64,000 nt of DNA, from NCBI GenBank assembly GCA_902461815.1, contig CABPZE010000003.1, positions 10,544 to 74,543 of the forward strand, read 5' to 3'. The position numbers and the translations under genes were made by a program. Positions within the stretch are counted from its first letter, which is position 1; every line of letters starts with the position of its first letter. This document shows, in pieces, positions 56,810 through 64,000 of the stretch. Source of the stretch: an uncultured Anaerotruncus sp. (GTDB lineage Bacteria > Bacillota > Clostridia > Oscillospirales > CAG-272). The notes under the pieces are model-generated. The model was not told the DNA's origin and searched no databases. It saw only the letters and a list, made by a program, of their open reading frames with translations.

Positions 56810-59056
56810 TTGAATCAGAACAATCCCGAAAACGCCGTGACCCGCAGCGACGTGGGACGCATTGAAGAAGCCGCCCGGCGGCGCACTGCGCCGCGCCGCG
56901 TCCCAAGCGATAAGGATCCCTCCGACCGCGGATTCCATAATATACTCACCGTCACCCTCTGGCCTTTGTTTGTGCTTTATCTTGAGCTGGTGCTGAGACT
57001 TCTGCTGTACAAGCAGGTAAGCGGCAGGCAGTTTGCATATTCCGTTCTCTTTTCCTTCGGCACAGGTCTTATCTGCGCCCTTCTGACCTCATTTTTCAGC
57101 AGAAAGGTCAACTTTATTCTTACGCTGGTGCTTTCCGGCTTCCTTACCATCTACTTTAACGTACAGCTGGTCTACTACTGCTTCTTCTCTGACTTTTTCT
57201 ACTGGGATCAGCTTGCCGTAGCCGGTGATGTAACGGCGTTCTGGCGCGAGACCCTTTCAACCATCCTTTCAAACTGGTACGGCATTCTTCTGCTGCTTGC
57301 CCCCTTTGTGCTTTACTGCATATTCGGCAGAAAGCTCATGCCCGCCGACCCGCTTGACTGGGGCTTCCGCGGTGCTTGCGCGGCGCTTGCGTTTGTCTTT
57401 ATTCTGTGCGGCAACGGCTTTATCGCCTTTCACGACTCCGAGCTTGACGACAAATACTACTACGGCAGCGGCTACCGCATGACCGAGGCGGTGCAAAGAT
57501 TCGGAATGATCACAGCCTTCCGGCTTGACACGCAGTACACCCTTTTCGGCATCCCCGAAAGTCCGGATGTTCACGATCCCGATTCCACCACAATTGACCC
57601 CGGCTCCATCTTCATCAAGGACACAACTTCCGCCGAAACAACAAAAACTCCGACGCCCGAGAGCAGCGGAAATACTCCCGATTCCTCAACTGATATTCCG
57701 GTCACTACCGAACCGCCGCGTCCCATCGAGACAGGTCCCAATGTGCTTGACATCGACTTTGACGCGCTTATCGCCGGAACCACAAACGCGGCGCTTAAGG
57801 ACGCTCACAGCTATTTCAAGAACCGCACCCCCACAGGCAAAAACTATTACACCGGGCTTTTTGAGGGCAAAAACCTCATTTTCATGACGGTCGAGGCATG
57901 GGCGCCCGCCGCCATTGACGAAAAGCTGACCCCCACTCTTTACAAAATGAAGAATGAGGGCTTCGTATTTGAAAATTACTACTGCTCCAACTGGGGCGGC
58001 AGTACCGCTACCGGTGAATACGCCGTTATGTCCGGAAACTTCTACACCTCATCCAAGTGTCTTGCATACAGCGCCGACACTCTGATGAAGTTTGCGACCG
58101 GAAATATGTTCAAGGCAGCCGGATACAACTGCTACGGCTTCCACAACCACACCTACACCTACTATTCGCGCAACCTTTCGCACCCGAATATGGGCTTTCA
58201 GTGGTACGGCATCGGCAACTGGGACAAATCAAGTCTGTTTACCGAGCAGTGGCCGAAATCCGACCGCGAGCTTGCCATCAACACCCTTGACTATATCACC
58301 GCCGACAAGCCCTTCCACATTTATTATATGACCGTCAGCGGTCACGCGCTCCAGACCTGGGGCGGCAACGCAAACGCCCGCAATCACAAGGCGGAAATAC
58401 TTGCCGCAGGGCTTGATTACACCGACCAGAACGCCCTGTCCTTCATCGCTTCACAGTACGAGGTGGAGCTGATGGTGCGCACTCTTATCGAAGACCTTGA
58501 TAAGAAGGGCATACTTGAGGACACGGTGTTTGTAATGGCTCCCGACCATTATCCCTACCAGATATCTCAGGACAACAACGAGACCTACTCGGCGCTCTCC
58601 GACCTCTACAAGATCCCGCTGACCTCAAATCCCTCCGACATTGAGGGCAACTTTGACCTTTACCGCGCGCCGCTCATCATATGGTCGGCGTCAATGAAGG
58701 AGCCTGTAAAGGTGGAAAAGGTCTGCTCGGCAATCGACATTCTTCCCACCGTGCTCAACCTGTTCGGCATGGATTATGATTCCCGCCTTATCATGGGTCA
58801 CGACATTCTCTCGGACAGCGACGGATTTGTCATCCTCAACTGCAACGGAAGCGGCGGCTCATGGCACTGGATAACCGATTACGGAAGCTACAACACCAAA
58901 ACAAAGGTATTTACTCCCGCTCCCGGCGTTACCGTCAACGGTTCACAGCTTCAGGGCTATATCAGCTCCAACAACACGATGGTAAACTTAATGACCAAAT
59001 ACTCAAAATACATCCTCAATGAGGATTATTACCGCAAGGTCTTTCCGAACGGCTGA
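56810..59056 (+). CDS. LTA synthase / sulfatase-family membrane protein
   Basis: 748 aa with TTG start and AAGGAAG SD. N-terminal polytopic block, then an extracellular alkaline-phosphatase-superfamily domain (MTVSGH, APDHYPY). Confidence 0.75.
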   Translation: MNQNNPENAVTRSDVGRIEEAARRRTAPRRVPSDKDPSDRGFHNILTVTLWPLFVLYLELVLRLLLYKQVSGRQFAYSVLFSFGTGLICALLTSFFSRKVNFILTLVLSGFLTIYFNVQLVYYCFFSDFFYWDQLAVAGDVTAFWRETLSTILSNWYGILLLLAPFVLYCIFGRKLMPADPLDWGFRGACAALAFVFILCGNGFIAFHDSELDDKYYYGSGYRMTEAVQRFGMITAFRLDTQYTLFGIPESPDVHDPDSTTIDPGSIFIKDTTSAETTKTPTPESSGNTPDSSTDIPVTTEPPRPIETGPNVLDIDFDALIAGTTNAALKDAHSYFKNRTPTGKNYYTGLFEGKNLIFMTVEAWAPAAIDEKLTPTLYKMKNEGFVFENYYCSNWGGSTATGEYAVMSGNFYTSSKCLAYSADTLMKFATGNMFKAAGYNCYGFHNHTYTYYSRNLSHPNMGFQWYGIGNWDKSSLFTEQWPKSDRELAINTLDYITADKPFHIYYMTVSGHALQTWGGNANARNHKAEILAAGLDYTDQNALSFIASQYEVELMVRTLIEDLDKKGILEDTVFVMAPDHYPYQISQDNNETYSALSDLYKIPLTSNPSDIEGNFDLYRAPLIIWSASMKEPVKVEKVCSAIDILPTVLNLFGMDYDSRLIMGHDILSDSDGFVILNCNGSGGSWHWITDYGSYNTKTKVFTPAPGVTVNGSQLQGYISSNNTMVNLMTKYSKYILNEDYYRKVFPNG

Positions 59057-59171
59057 CAAGCCTTTGGAAGTCGATAATGGCGGCGCGGAGAACCGCGCAA
59101 ACAACTGAAGCAGCGGGGCTGGCGAAGGCTTATTCGGCTTTTGCCGGCCCCGAATGAAAGAAGGCGGAAAA

Positions 59172-60251
59172 ATGAAATACGCACTGATAGGCTGCGGAAG
59201 GATCGCGCCGAACCACATAAAGGCTGCGCTTGCCAACCGCGGATCGGGACTTGAGATAGCCGCGATTTGCGACCTCATTCCCGAAAAAATGACCTCTCTT
59301 GCCGGAAAATTCGACCTCGGTAGCACGGCGCAGTACACCGACTACCGCGCAATGCTGCGGGACGTGCGCCCCGACCTTGTTGCAGTTGCCACCGAAAGCG
59401 GCTCGCACGCCGCCGTGGCGCTCGACTGCATCGCCGCAGGCTGCAATGTAATAATCGAAAAACCGATAGCGCTTTCAATGTCCGACGCAAGAAAAGTTAT
59501 CGCGGCGGCAGAAGCGGCGGGAGTCGTCGTATCCGCCAATCATCAGAACCGCTTCAACCGTTCGGTACAGCTTGCGCGGCACGCCGAAAACGACGGCAGC
59601 CTTGGCAGGATACTTCACGGCAGCGTTCATGTAATCTGGGGACGCGACAGAAAATATTATTCCTCCGGAAGCTGGCGCGGCACATGGGCGCAGGACGGCG
59701 GAGCGCTTATGAATCAGTGCATTCACGGGATAGACCTGCTGCGCTGGATGCTGGGCGGCAAGGTAGAGGAGGTAACGGCAATGACCGCCAGACTCAACCA
59801 TGATTATATCGAAGCTGAAGACCTCGGAATGGCGCTCCTGCGCTTCAGAAGCGGCGCGCTCGGAATGGTCGAGGGCACTGTCAATACATACGGGAACAGC
59901 CTTGAGGAGACCCTATACCTTTTCGGATCAAACGGAACGGTAAAGCTTGGCGGCAAGGCGGCAAACAAAGTTGAATTCTGGAGCATAGCCGGCGACACCC
60001 GCACCGCCGAAGATCTTGCCGACGCGTTGCCGGACACCATATACGGTCTCGGTCACACATCCCTTTACACCGACGTAATTGATGCAATTAAAACCGGGCG
60101 CGCGCCGTACGTCACGGCGCGGGACGGCATGGAGGCGCTGGAGCTGGTGCTTGCCATATACAAGTCCGCCGCTGAGGGAAGACCTGTAAAACTTCCGCTC
60201 GAGGACTGCTCAACGCTCGATTTTGCCGGAAGATTCGGCTTAACTGACTAA
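59172..60251 (+). CDS. Gfo/Idh/MocA family oxidoreductase
   Basis: MKYALIGCGRIA Rossmann start and EKP motif. Start is 59172 or 59154. Confidence 0.85.
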   Translation: MKYALIGCGRIAPNHIKAALANRGSGLEIAAICDLIPEKMTSLAGKFDLGSTAQYTDYRAMLRDVRPDLVAVATESGSHAAVALDCIAAGCNVIIEKPIALSMSDARKVIAAAEAAGVVVSANHQNRFNRSVQLARHAENDGSLGRILHGSVHVIWGRDRKYYSSGSWRGTWAQDGGALMNQCIHGIDLLRWMLGGKVEEVTAMTARLNHDYIEAEDLGMALLRFRSGALGMVEGTVNTYGNSLEETLYLFGSNGTVKLGGKAANKVEFWSIAGDTRTAEDLADALPDTIYGLGHTSLYTDVIDAIKTGRAPYVTARDGMEALELVLAIYKSAAEGRPVKLPLEDCSTLDFAGRFGLTD

Positions 60252-60332
60252 TACGACAATTCTCCGGGCTGTATTTCCCCTCGCATTTATTGAAAATAAT
60301 CAAAAATGTAAATTTAATTTTAACACTTTCTA

Positions 60333-60361
60333 TTGACAAAGTGTGTCTTTCGCTGTATAAT
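60333..60361 (+). promoter_or_regulatory. Consensus sigma-A-type promoter (TTGACA-17-TATAAT)
   Basis: TTGACA aagtgtgtctttcgctg TATAAT, 52 nt upstream of the zinc-ribbon gene. Confidence 0.7.
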
Positions 60362-60412
60362 AGTACTCGCAAGCCAATCAAGACTTCGCGTAATTACGGA
60401 AAGAGGTATTTC

Positions 60413-60688
60413 ATGTACACAGACAAGACCCTGGTCTGCAAGGAATGCGGACAAGAATTCACTTTCACTGCCAGTGAGCAGGAGTTTTATGCCGAGAAAG
60501 GCTTCACCAACGAGCCCCAGCGCTGCAAAGAGTGCCGCGCAAAGCGCAAAAACGCCGCCCACAACGGCACACGCCAGATGTATGACGCAGTTTGCGCCGA
60601 ATGCGGAAAGGAATGCAAAGTTCCCTTTGAGCCCCGCACCGACCGTCCCGTCTACTGCAGCGACTGCTTCAGAAATAAACAGCAGTGA
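60413..60688 (+). CDS. Small double zinc-ribbon protein (CxxC-x17-CxxC type)
   Basis: 91 aa. Start set to MYTDK (GGAAAGAGG SD). CKECGQEFTFTASEQEFYAEKGF..PQRCKEC plus CAECG-x17-CSDC. Confidence 0.8.
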   Translation: MYTDKTLVCKECGQEFTFTASEQEFYAEKGFTNEPQRCKECRAKRKNAAHNGTRQMYDAVCAECGKECKVPFEPRTDRPVYCSDCFRNKQQ

Positions 60689-60704
60689 TCCAGAAACAAA
60701 AATG

Positions 60705-60750
60705 ATCTCCGTGCTGCCGCACAATCGTCCGGCAGCACGGAGATTTTTTT
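60705..60750 (+). terminator. Intrinsic terminator
   Basis: 15-bp stem ATCTCCGTGCTGCCG/CGGCAGCACGGAGAT followed by TTTTTTT. Confidence 0.85.
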
Positions 60751-60761
60751 CCCGAGTCAGA

Positions 60762-60790
60762 TTGACTTTTTTCGTCCCCGGTGATATAAT
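60762..60790 (+). promoter_or_regulatory. Sigma-A-type promoter with extended -10 (TTGACT-17-TGaTATAAT)
   Basis: Located 37 nt upstream of the EEP lipoprotein gene. Confidence 0.65.
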
Positions 60791-60826
60791 ATTCGCACAA
60801 TATGATCAGCGAAAGGAATACCCTTT

Positions 60827-62212
60827 ATGGAACAAAAACACAAAAGACCATGCATACGGTTCTTGCTCTTGCTTTTATCGGCAGTTATGATATTTGCGTC
60901 GTGCGGCAAAAGCGACACGCAAAACAGCGACAGCACGACCGAGGAAACCGACGCAGCTCCCGTCGAGCTGACACTCATCGGAGGAGATGACATATATAAA
61001 ATAATACGCAGCGCATGGGGCAGCGACGTTGAGGTATCAGCCGCACGAAAACTCAACAGCGCAATAAAGGATGCCTTCGGAAGCACCTGGCAGGGCGAGA
61101 TCGCCGAGGACTGGGACATAGGCGTTCAGAAGGACGACATAATTGACAATGATGCCCCCGAAATACTGGTCGGACTCACCAACCGCCGCGAAAGCCACGA
61201 GGTATACGACACTCTCGGCGAGGACGAATATACGATCTGCGCCGTAGGCAAAAAGCTCGTGATAGTGGGAAGCAACGATTATTCCACCTCGCAGGCTGTG
61301 GACGTTTTCATCGAACAGTACATAGCTCCCGCCGCCTACGGTAAAAAGCTCAGCGTTCTGTCCTCGCTCAGCATTAAGGGAGAGGCGTCACTGCGCAAGG
61401 TACAGATAAACAGTGAGGCGACATACCGGATAATGAGCTGGAATCTCGGCTGTGCGGTCGGAAATTCCGCCGACGCGCTTGAGATACTGATCAAATATCT
61501 GCCTGATATCATTTCAATGCAGGAATGCAACAAGGAAATATATCTTAATGTAATAAACAACCTGCCCGACTACTATAAGGTTGCAGTAAAATTCCACTCA
61601 AACGGCGCAACATACGTCTACACCCCGATAATTTACAACTCGGAGCTGTTTACCATTAAGGACGCCGGAGTCGAGTGGCTGCGCGGCAGGTACACGGGAA
61701 CAAACACAAAATCCCTCTCGTGGGCGGTGCTTGAGGATAAGACCGGCGGTGTGTTTGCAGTCATTGACTTCCACGGGGCGGTCTGCACGAACACCTACAA
61801 GGGCTTTGAAAACTACACCTCCGCTCAGCTTGCGGAGCAGGCGGGCATCTGGAAGACCGACAACGTAAAGCAAACGCTCGAAGTGCGCGACCGCATTTGT
61901 GCAGCATACGGAAATATTCCGCTTATCATAAACGGCGACTGCAATTTCAACGACACCTCAACACAGTACAGGCAGATGACAGACGGCGGAATGTACGACG
62001 CGGAGTTCTCCTCCCGCCTCAGGTCGGTGACCGGGTATAAGACCTCTTTCTCCTACGGAACACAGATAACGTCAGGACACAGCATCGACCACATCTTCGG
62101 CACGAACGGAATAGATTTTGTCGAACACAACATAGCCCTCGAGTCAAAGGTCACCTCCGCATCGGATCACTGCCCGGTGTACGTTGACTTCAATCTCCAA
62201 AAGCCCGAATAA
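60827..62212 (+). CDS. Secreted lipoprotein: N-terminal shared module + EEP domain (paralogue of 29886-31706)
   Basis: 461 aa with lipobox FASC. Motifs ISMQEC and SDHCPVYVDFNL. Confidence 0.8.
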   Translation: MEQKHKRPCIRFLLLLLSAVMIFASCGKSDTQNSDSTTEETDAAPVELTLIGGDDIYKIIRSAWGSDVEVSAARKLNSAIKDAFGSTWQGEIAEDWDIGVQKDDIIDNDAPEILVGLTNRRESHEVYDTLGEDEYTICAVGKKLVIVGSNDYSTSQAVDVFIEQYIAPAAYGKKLSVLSSLSIKGEASLRKVQINSEATYRIMSWNLGCAVGNSADALEILIKYLPDIISMQECNKEIYLNVINNLPDYYKVAVKFHSNGATYVYTPIIYNSELFTIKDAGVEWLRGRYTGTNTKSLSWAVLEDKTGGVFAVIDFHGAVCTNTYKGFENYTSAQLAEQAGIWKTDNVKQTLEVRDRICAAYGNIPLIINGDCNFNDTSTQYRQMTDGGMYDAEFSSRLRSVTGYKTSFSYGTQITSGHSIDHIFGTNGIDFVEHNIALESKVTSASDHCPVYVDFNLQKPE

Positions 62213-62230
62213 AACAAATTACTTTTCAAT

Positions 62231-62266
62231 ACAGTGGCTGACTCCGGGTCAGCCACTGTATTTTTA
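62231..62266 (+). terminator. Intrinsic terminator at the host/prophage junction
   Basis: ACAGTGGCTGAC-loop-GTCAGCCACTGT followed by ATTTTTAT. Confidence 0.75.
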
Positions 62267-62271
62267 TACGT

Positions 62272-62499
62272 TCAGCGCACCGTAATGTCAGTCGTGCTGT
62301 TCTTACACTCAGGCAATCCCGCCAAAGACGTAAGCAACGACAGCACACCGGCAAGCGCCGAAGCGGACGCGACGGCGATCCAGTTGACCTCAGCGAGCAG
62401 TGCCGAGGTGCCTATGGTAGCAACGGCGGTCTGCGCGACGGTCTTGAGCGCGCGGATGCCCGCGCACTTGAGCCATGTCAGAATTTTTTCTTTTTTCAT
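62272..62499 (-). CDS. Phage holin (small two-TM protein)
   Basis: Likely start MKKEKILTW. AIRALKTVAQTAVATIG...VNW...LSLLTSLAGLPE pattern matches small Gram-positive phage holins as I recall them. Confidence 0.65.
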   Translation of the reverse strand: MKKEKILTWLKCAGIRALKTVAQTAVATIGTSALLAEVNWIAVASASALAGVLSLLTSLAGLPECKNSTTDITVR

Positions 62500-62550
62500 T
62501 TCTCCTGTCTCCATTTCATAATATCGCACGGGATCAGTACGTCCCGTATT

Positions 62551-63468
62551 TTACTCTCTGGGTATTTCCAGCACGTCGCCGGGCTTTATTGAAATTGACC
62601 TGAGCCCGTTAAGCTGCATGATCTCGGTAAACCGCCAGCCCGAACCGAGAAGCTGCCTTGAAATTTTCCACAGGCTGTCTCCGGCTTGCACGGTGTAGCT
62701 GACAGGCTCCGCCTCATCCGGCAGCTCGTCGGCGGGGATCTTTATTATCTGCCCCGGATATATTAGGCCCGGATCGGCAAGAGAGTTGTATTCCGCCAGC
62801 TTATACCATGCAACGCCGTACTCCGCCCCGATACCGGAAAGCGTGTCTCCCTTGCGGACGGTATAGGTTATATACACCGGGTTTTCGGGAACTTCCTTTG
62901 AGAGCCGCGCCGCCACATCACGGCGGAAGGATTCCATCGTGTAGGGCAGTCCCAGCTGCCGCCAGATGTGTTCCGGGTCACCGTGATTGGATGCAATGCC
63001 GCGTGCATATCCCTCGGCGTGACCGATTATCACGCCGTCGCCGAGCGGGTCAAGCTCAAATTTGCGGCACAGCTGGGCAAACAGCTCGACCGCCGCGGCG
63101 TATGTGCGCTTTACCACCTCGATTGCGGCAGGCTTGTCGGCGTCACTGACGGTAAATATGGCGGAGTGCGGCTTGTAGCGGATGCAGTCCGGCTCTCCCA
63201 TTTCCACTCCGATGTGCGTAAGATTTGCCCCGCCGCCCGCGTGCCAGCCGCAAATGTCCCACGGCAGGAACTGCCACACCTCGCCGGTCAGCCCGTCAAT
63301 AAAGCCGTGAACCGCAACCTCCTTAGCGGGATCGTTCCAGCCACGGGCAAACACCTCCGCGCGGGGCTGAGGCGTGCCTATCGAATGCAGCATAAGCCCC
63401 TGCACCTTCAGCTTTTTTCCGAGCTTGTAGCAGGAGTTTTCTGTAAGCATTGCTTCAATTATCTTCAT
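62551..63468 (-). CDS. Phage endolysin: N-acetylmuramoyl-L-alanine amidase (Amidase_2/PGRP-type) + 2 LysM
   Basis: 305 aa. N-terminal amidase (LHSIGTP, GWHAGG, IGVEM) and two LysM repeats (YTVRKGDTLSGIG..., YTVQAGDSLWKIS...). Confidence 0.85.
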   Translation of the reverse strand: MKIIEAMLTENSCYKLGKKLKVQGLMLHSIGTPQPRAEVFARGWNDPAKEVAVHGFIDGLTGEVWQFLPWDICGWHAGGGANLTHIGVEMGEPDCIRYKPHSAIFTVSDADKPAAIEVVKRTYAAAVELFAQLCRKFELDPLGDGVIIGHAEGYARGIASNHGDPEHIWRQLGLPYTMESFRRDVAARLSKEVPENPVYITYTVRKGDTLSGIGAEYGVAWYKLAEYNSLADPGLIYPGQIIKIPADELPDEAEPVSYTVQAGDSLWKISRQLLGSGWRFTEIMQLNGLRSISIKPGDVLEIPRE

Positions 63469-63779
63469 TTATACACCTCCCAGCTTCTGACCTCCTTGTA
63501 TATCAGGTCAATGAAGCTGTTTCCACCAAGCTTTTTATAAGCATTATACGCATAAATGAAGTTTTCCGCCTCATATTGGCAGATCTTTTTTTCTTCCCGG
63601 CGCTGGTAGTATATCCGCAGCATTTCAAACCTCAAAACGCACCGCAAACCGTCCTGCGTCGCGCTGAGTCCGAAAATACGCGCGCGTACAGGCTTGATAA
63701 GCAGCGCCGTTGCCGCCGCGACGGCGCTTACCGCCCCTGCTATCTGAGTTATAAGCTCGATAACAGTCCCTGCTGCCAT
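63465..63779 (-). CDS. Phage small membrane protein (unknown; possible lysis accessory)
   Basis: 104 aa with a single N-terminal TM (IELITQIAGAVSAVAAATALLI). ATGA overlap with the endolysin and TAATG overlap with the tail-fibre gene. Confidence 0.5.
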   Translation of the reverse strand: MAAGTVIELITQIAGAVSAVAAATALLIKPVRARIFGLSATQDGLRCVLRFEMLRIYYQRREEKKICQYEAENFIYAYNAYKKLGGNSFIDLIYKEVRSWEVYK

Positions 63780-64000
63780 TATGACCCTCCCTCAAGCGCC
63801 GCAACACGCTCCTCAAGCGCGTTTATATTGCCTGCGGCAGCCATTATCAGATCGTAAAGAAAATTATAATTCTCCGTTATCCTCGCATCCAGCGCTTCGA
63901 CCTCGGCGCTCAGATCAGCCCCGTCCACGCCGGGGTCTCCCTGCTCGCCCTTGCTGCCGTTGCGCACGTTGATGCTGTATGTACTTCCGTCCGTCATGGT
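63779..64000 (-). CDS. Phage tail-fibre-like protein, C-terminal fragment (5' end outside window)
   Basis: Collagen-like GSKGEQGDPGVDG followed by a coiled-coil tail. The frame stays open to the window edge. Confidence 0.6.
   Translation of the reverse strand, partial: TMTDGSTYSINVRNGSKGEQGDPGVDGADLSAEVEALDARITENYNFLYDLIMAAAGNINALEERVAALEGGS

Larger units (their letters stand above)
62272..64000 (-). mobile_element. Prophage end (tail fibre 3' end + lysis cassette), continues beyond the window
   Basis: Collagen-like tail-fibre fragment, small TM protein, amidase-LysM endolysin and holin, all minus strand with TAATG/ATGA overlaps. No integrase or att site is visible in the window. Confidence 0.7.

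Noticed and set aside
1-64000. tRNA, rRNA, tmRNA, RNase P, SRP RNA and 6S RNA genes.
   Set aside because: None of the intergenic regions showed cloverleaf-like ends or the conserved cores I can recognise by eye. The absence is not proven without tRNAscan-SE or cmscan.

Overview
64-kb chromosomal window from a high-GC, spore-former-type Clostridia genome. The Oscillospiraceae/Ruminococcaceae-like assignment is inferred from gene content only. I support about 50 protein genes, mostly core housekeeping. They include a heterodimeric ABC exporter, ruvX, ldh, ppa, obg, der, a DUF512 radical-SAM gene, an OGG-type glycosylase, holA, ytvI, a dut-maf-mreB-mreC-mreD-PBP2 block, an SbcD/SbcC-like pair, galT, DUF1846 and an LTA-synthase-family gene. 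I saw no rRNA, tRNA, CRISPR array, transposase or recognisable defence system. The accessory or unusual content is as follows. (1) An AT-rich islet carries a DUF4304-like gene. (2) Three copies of a ~50-nt two-hairpin repeat keep their pairing through compensatory changes. (3) Three secreted lipoprotein phosphoesterases (one PHP+LTD, two EEP) share an unassigned N-terminal module; one has a 7-bp tandem array in its promoter. (4) A translationally coupled lipoprotein / small ORF / giant transglutaminase-like membrane protein block has an ambiguous gene junction. (5) A large secreted repeat protein sits behind a consensus promoter and a ~290-nt leader. (6) A prophage end (tail fibre plus lysis cassette) runs off the right edge. 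Start codons were re-chosen where an internal ATG has a much better Shine-Dalgarno. Family names come from motif recognition by eye, not database searches. I cannot point to one clearly novel multi-gene system; items 2, 3 and 4 are my best candidates.
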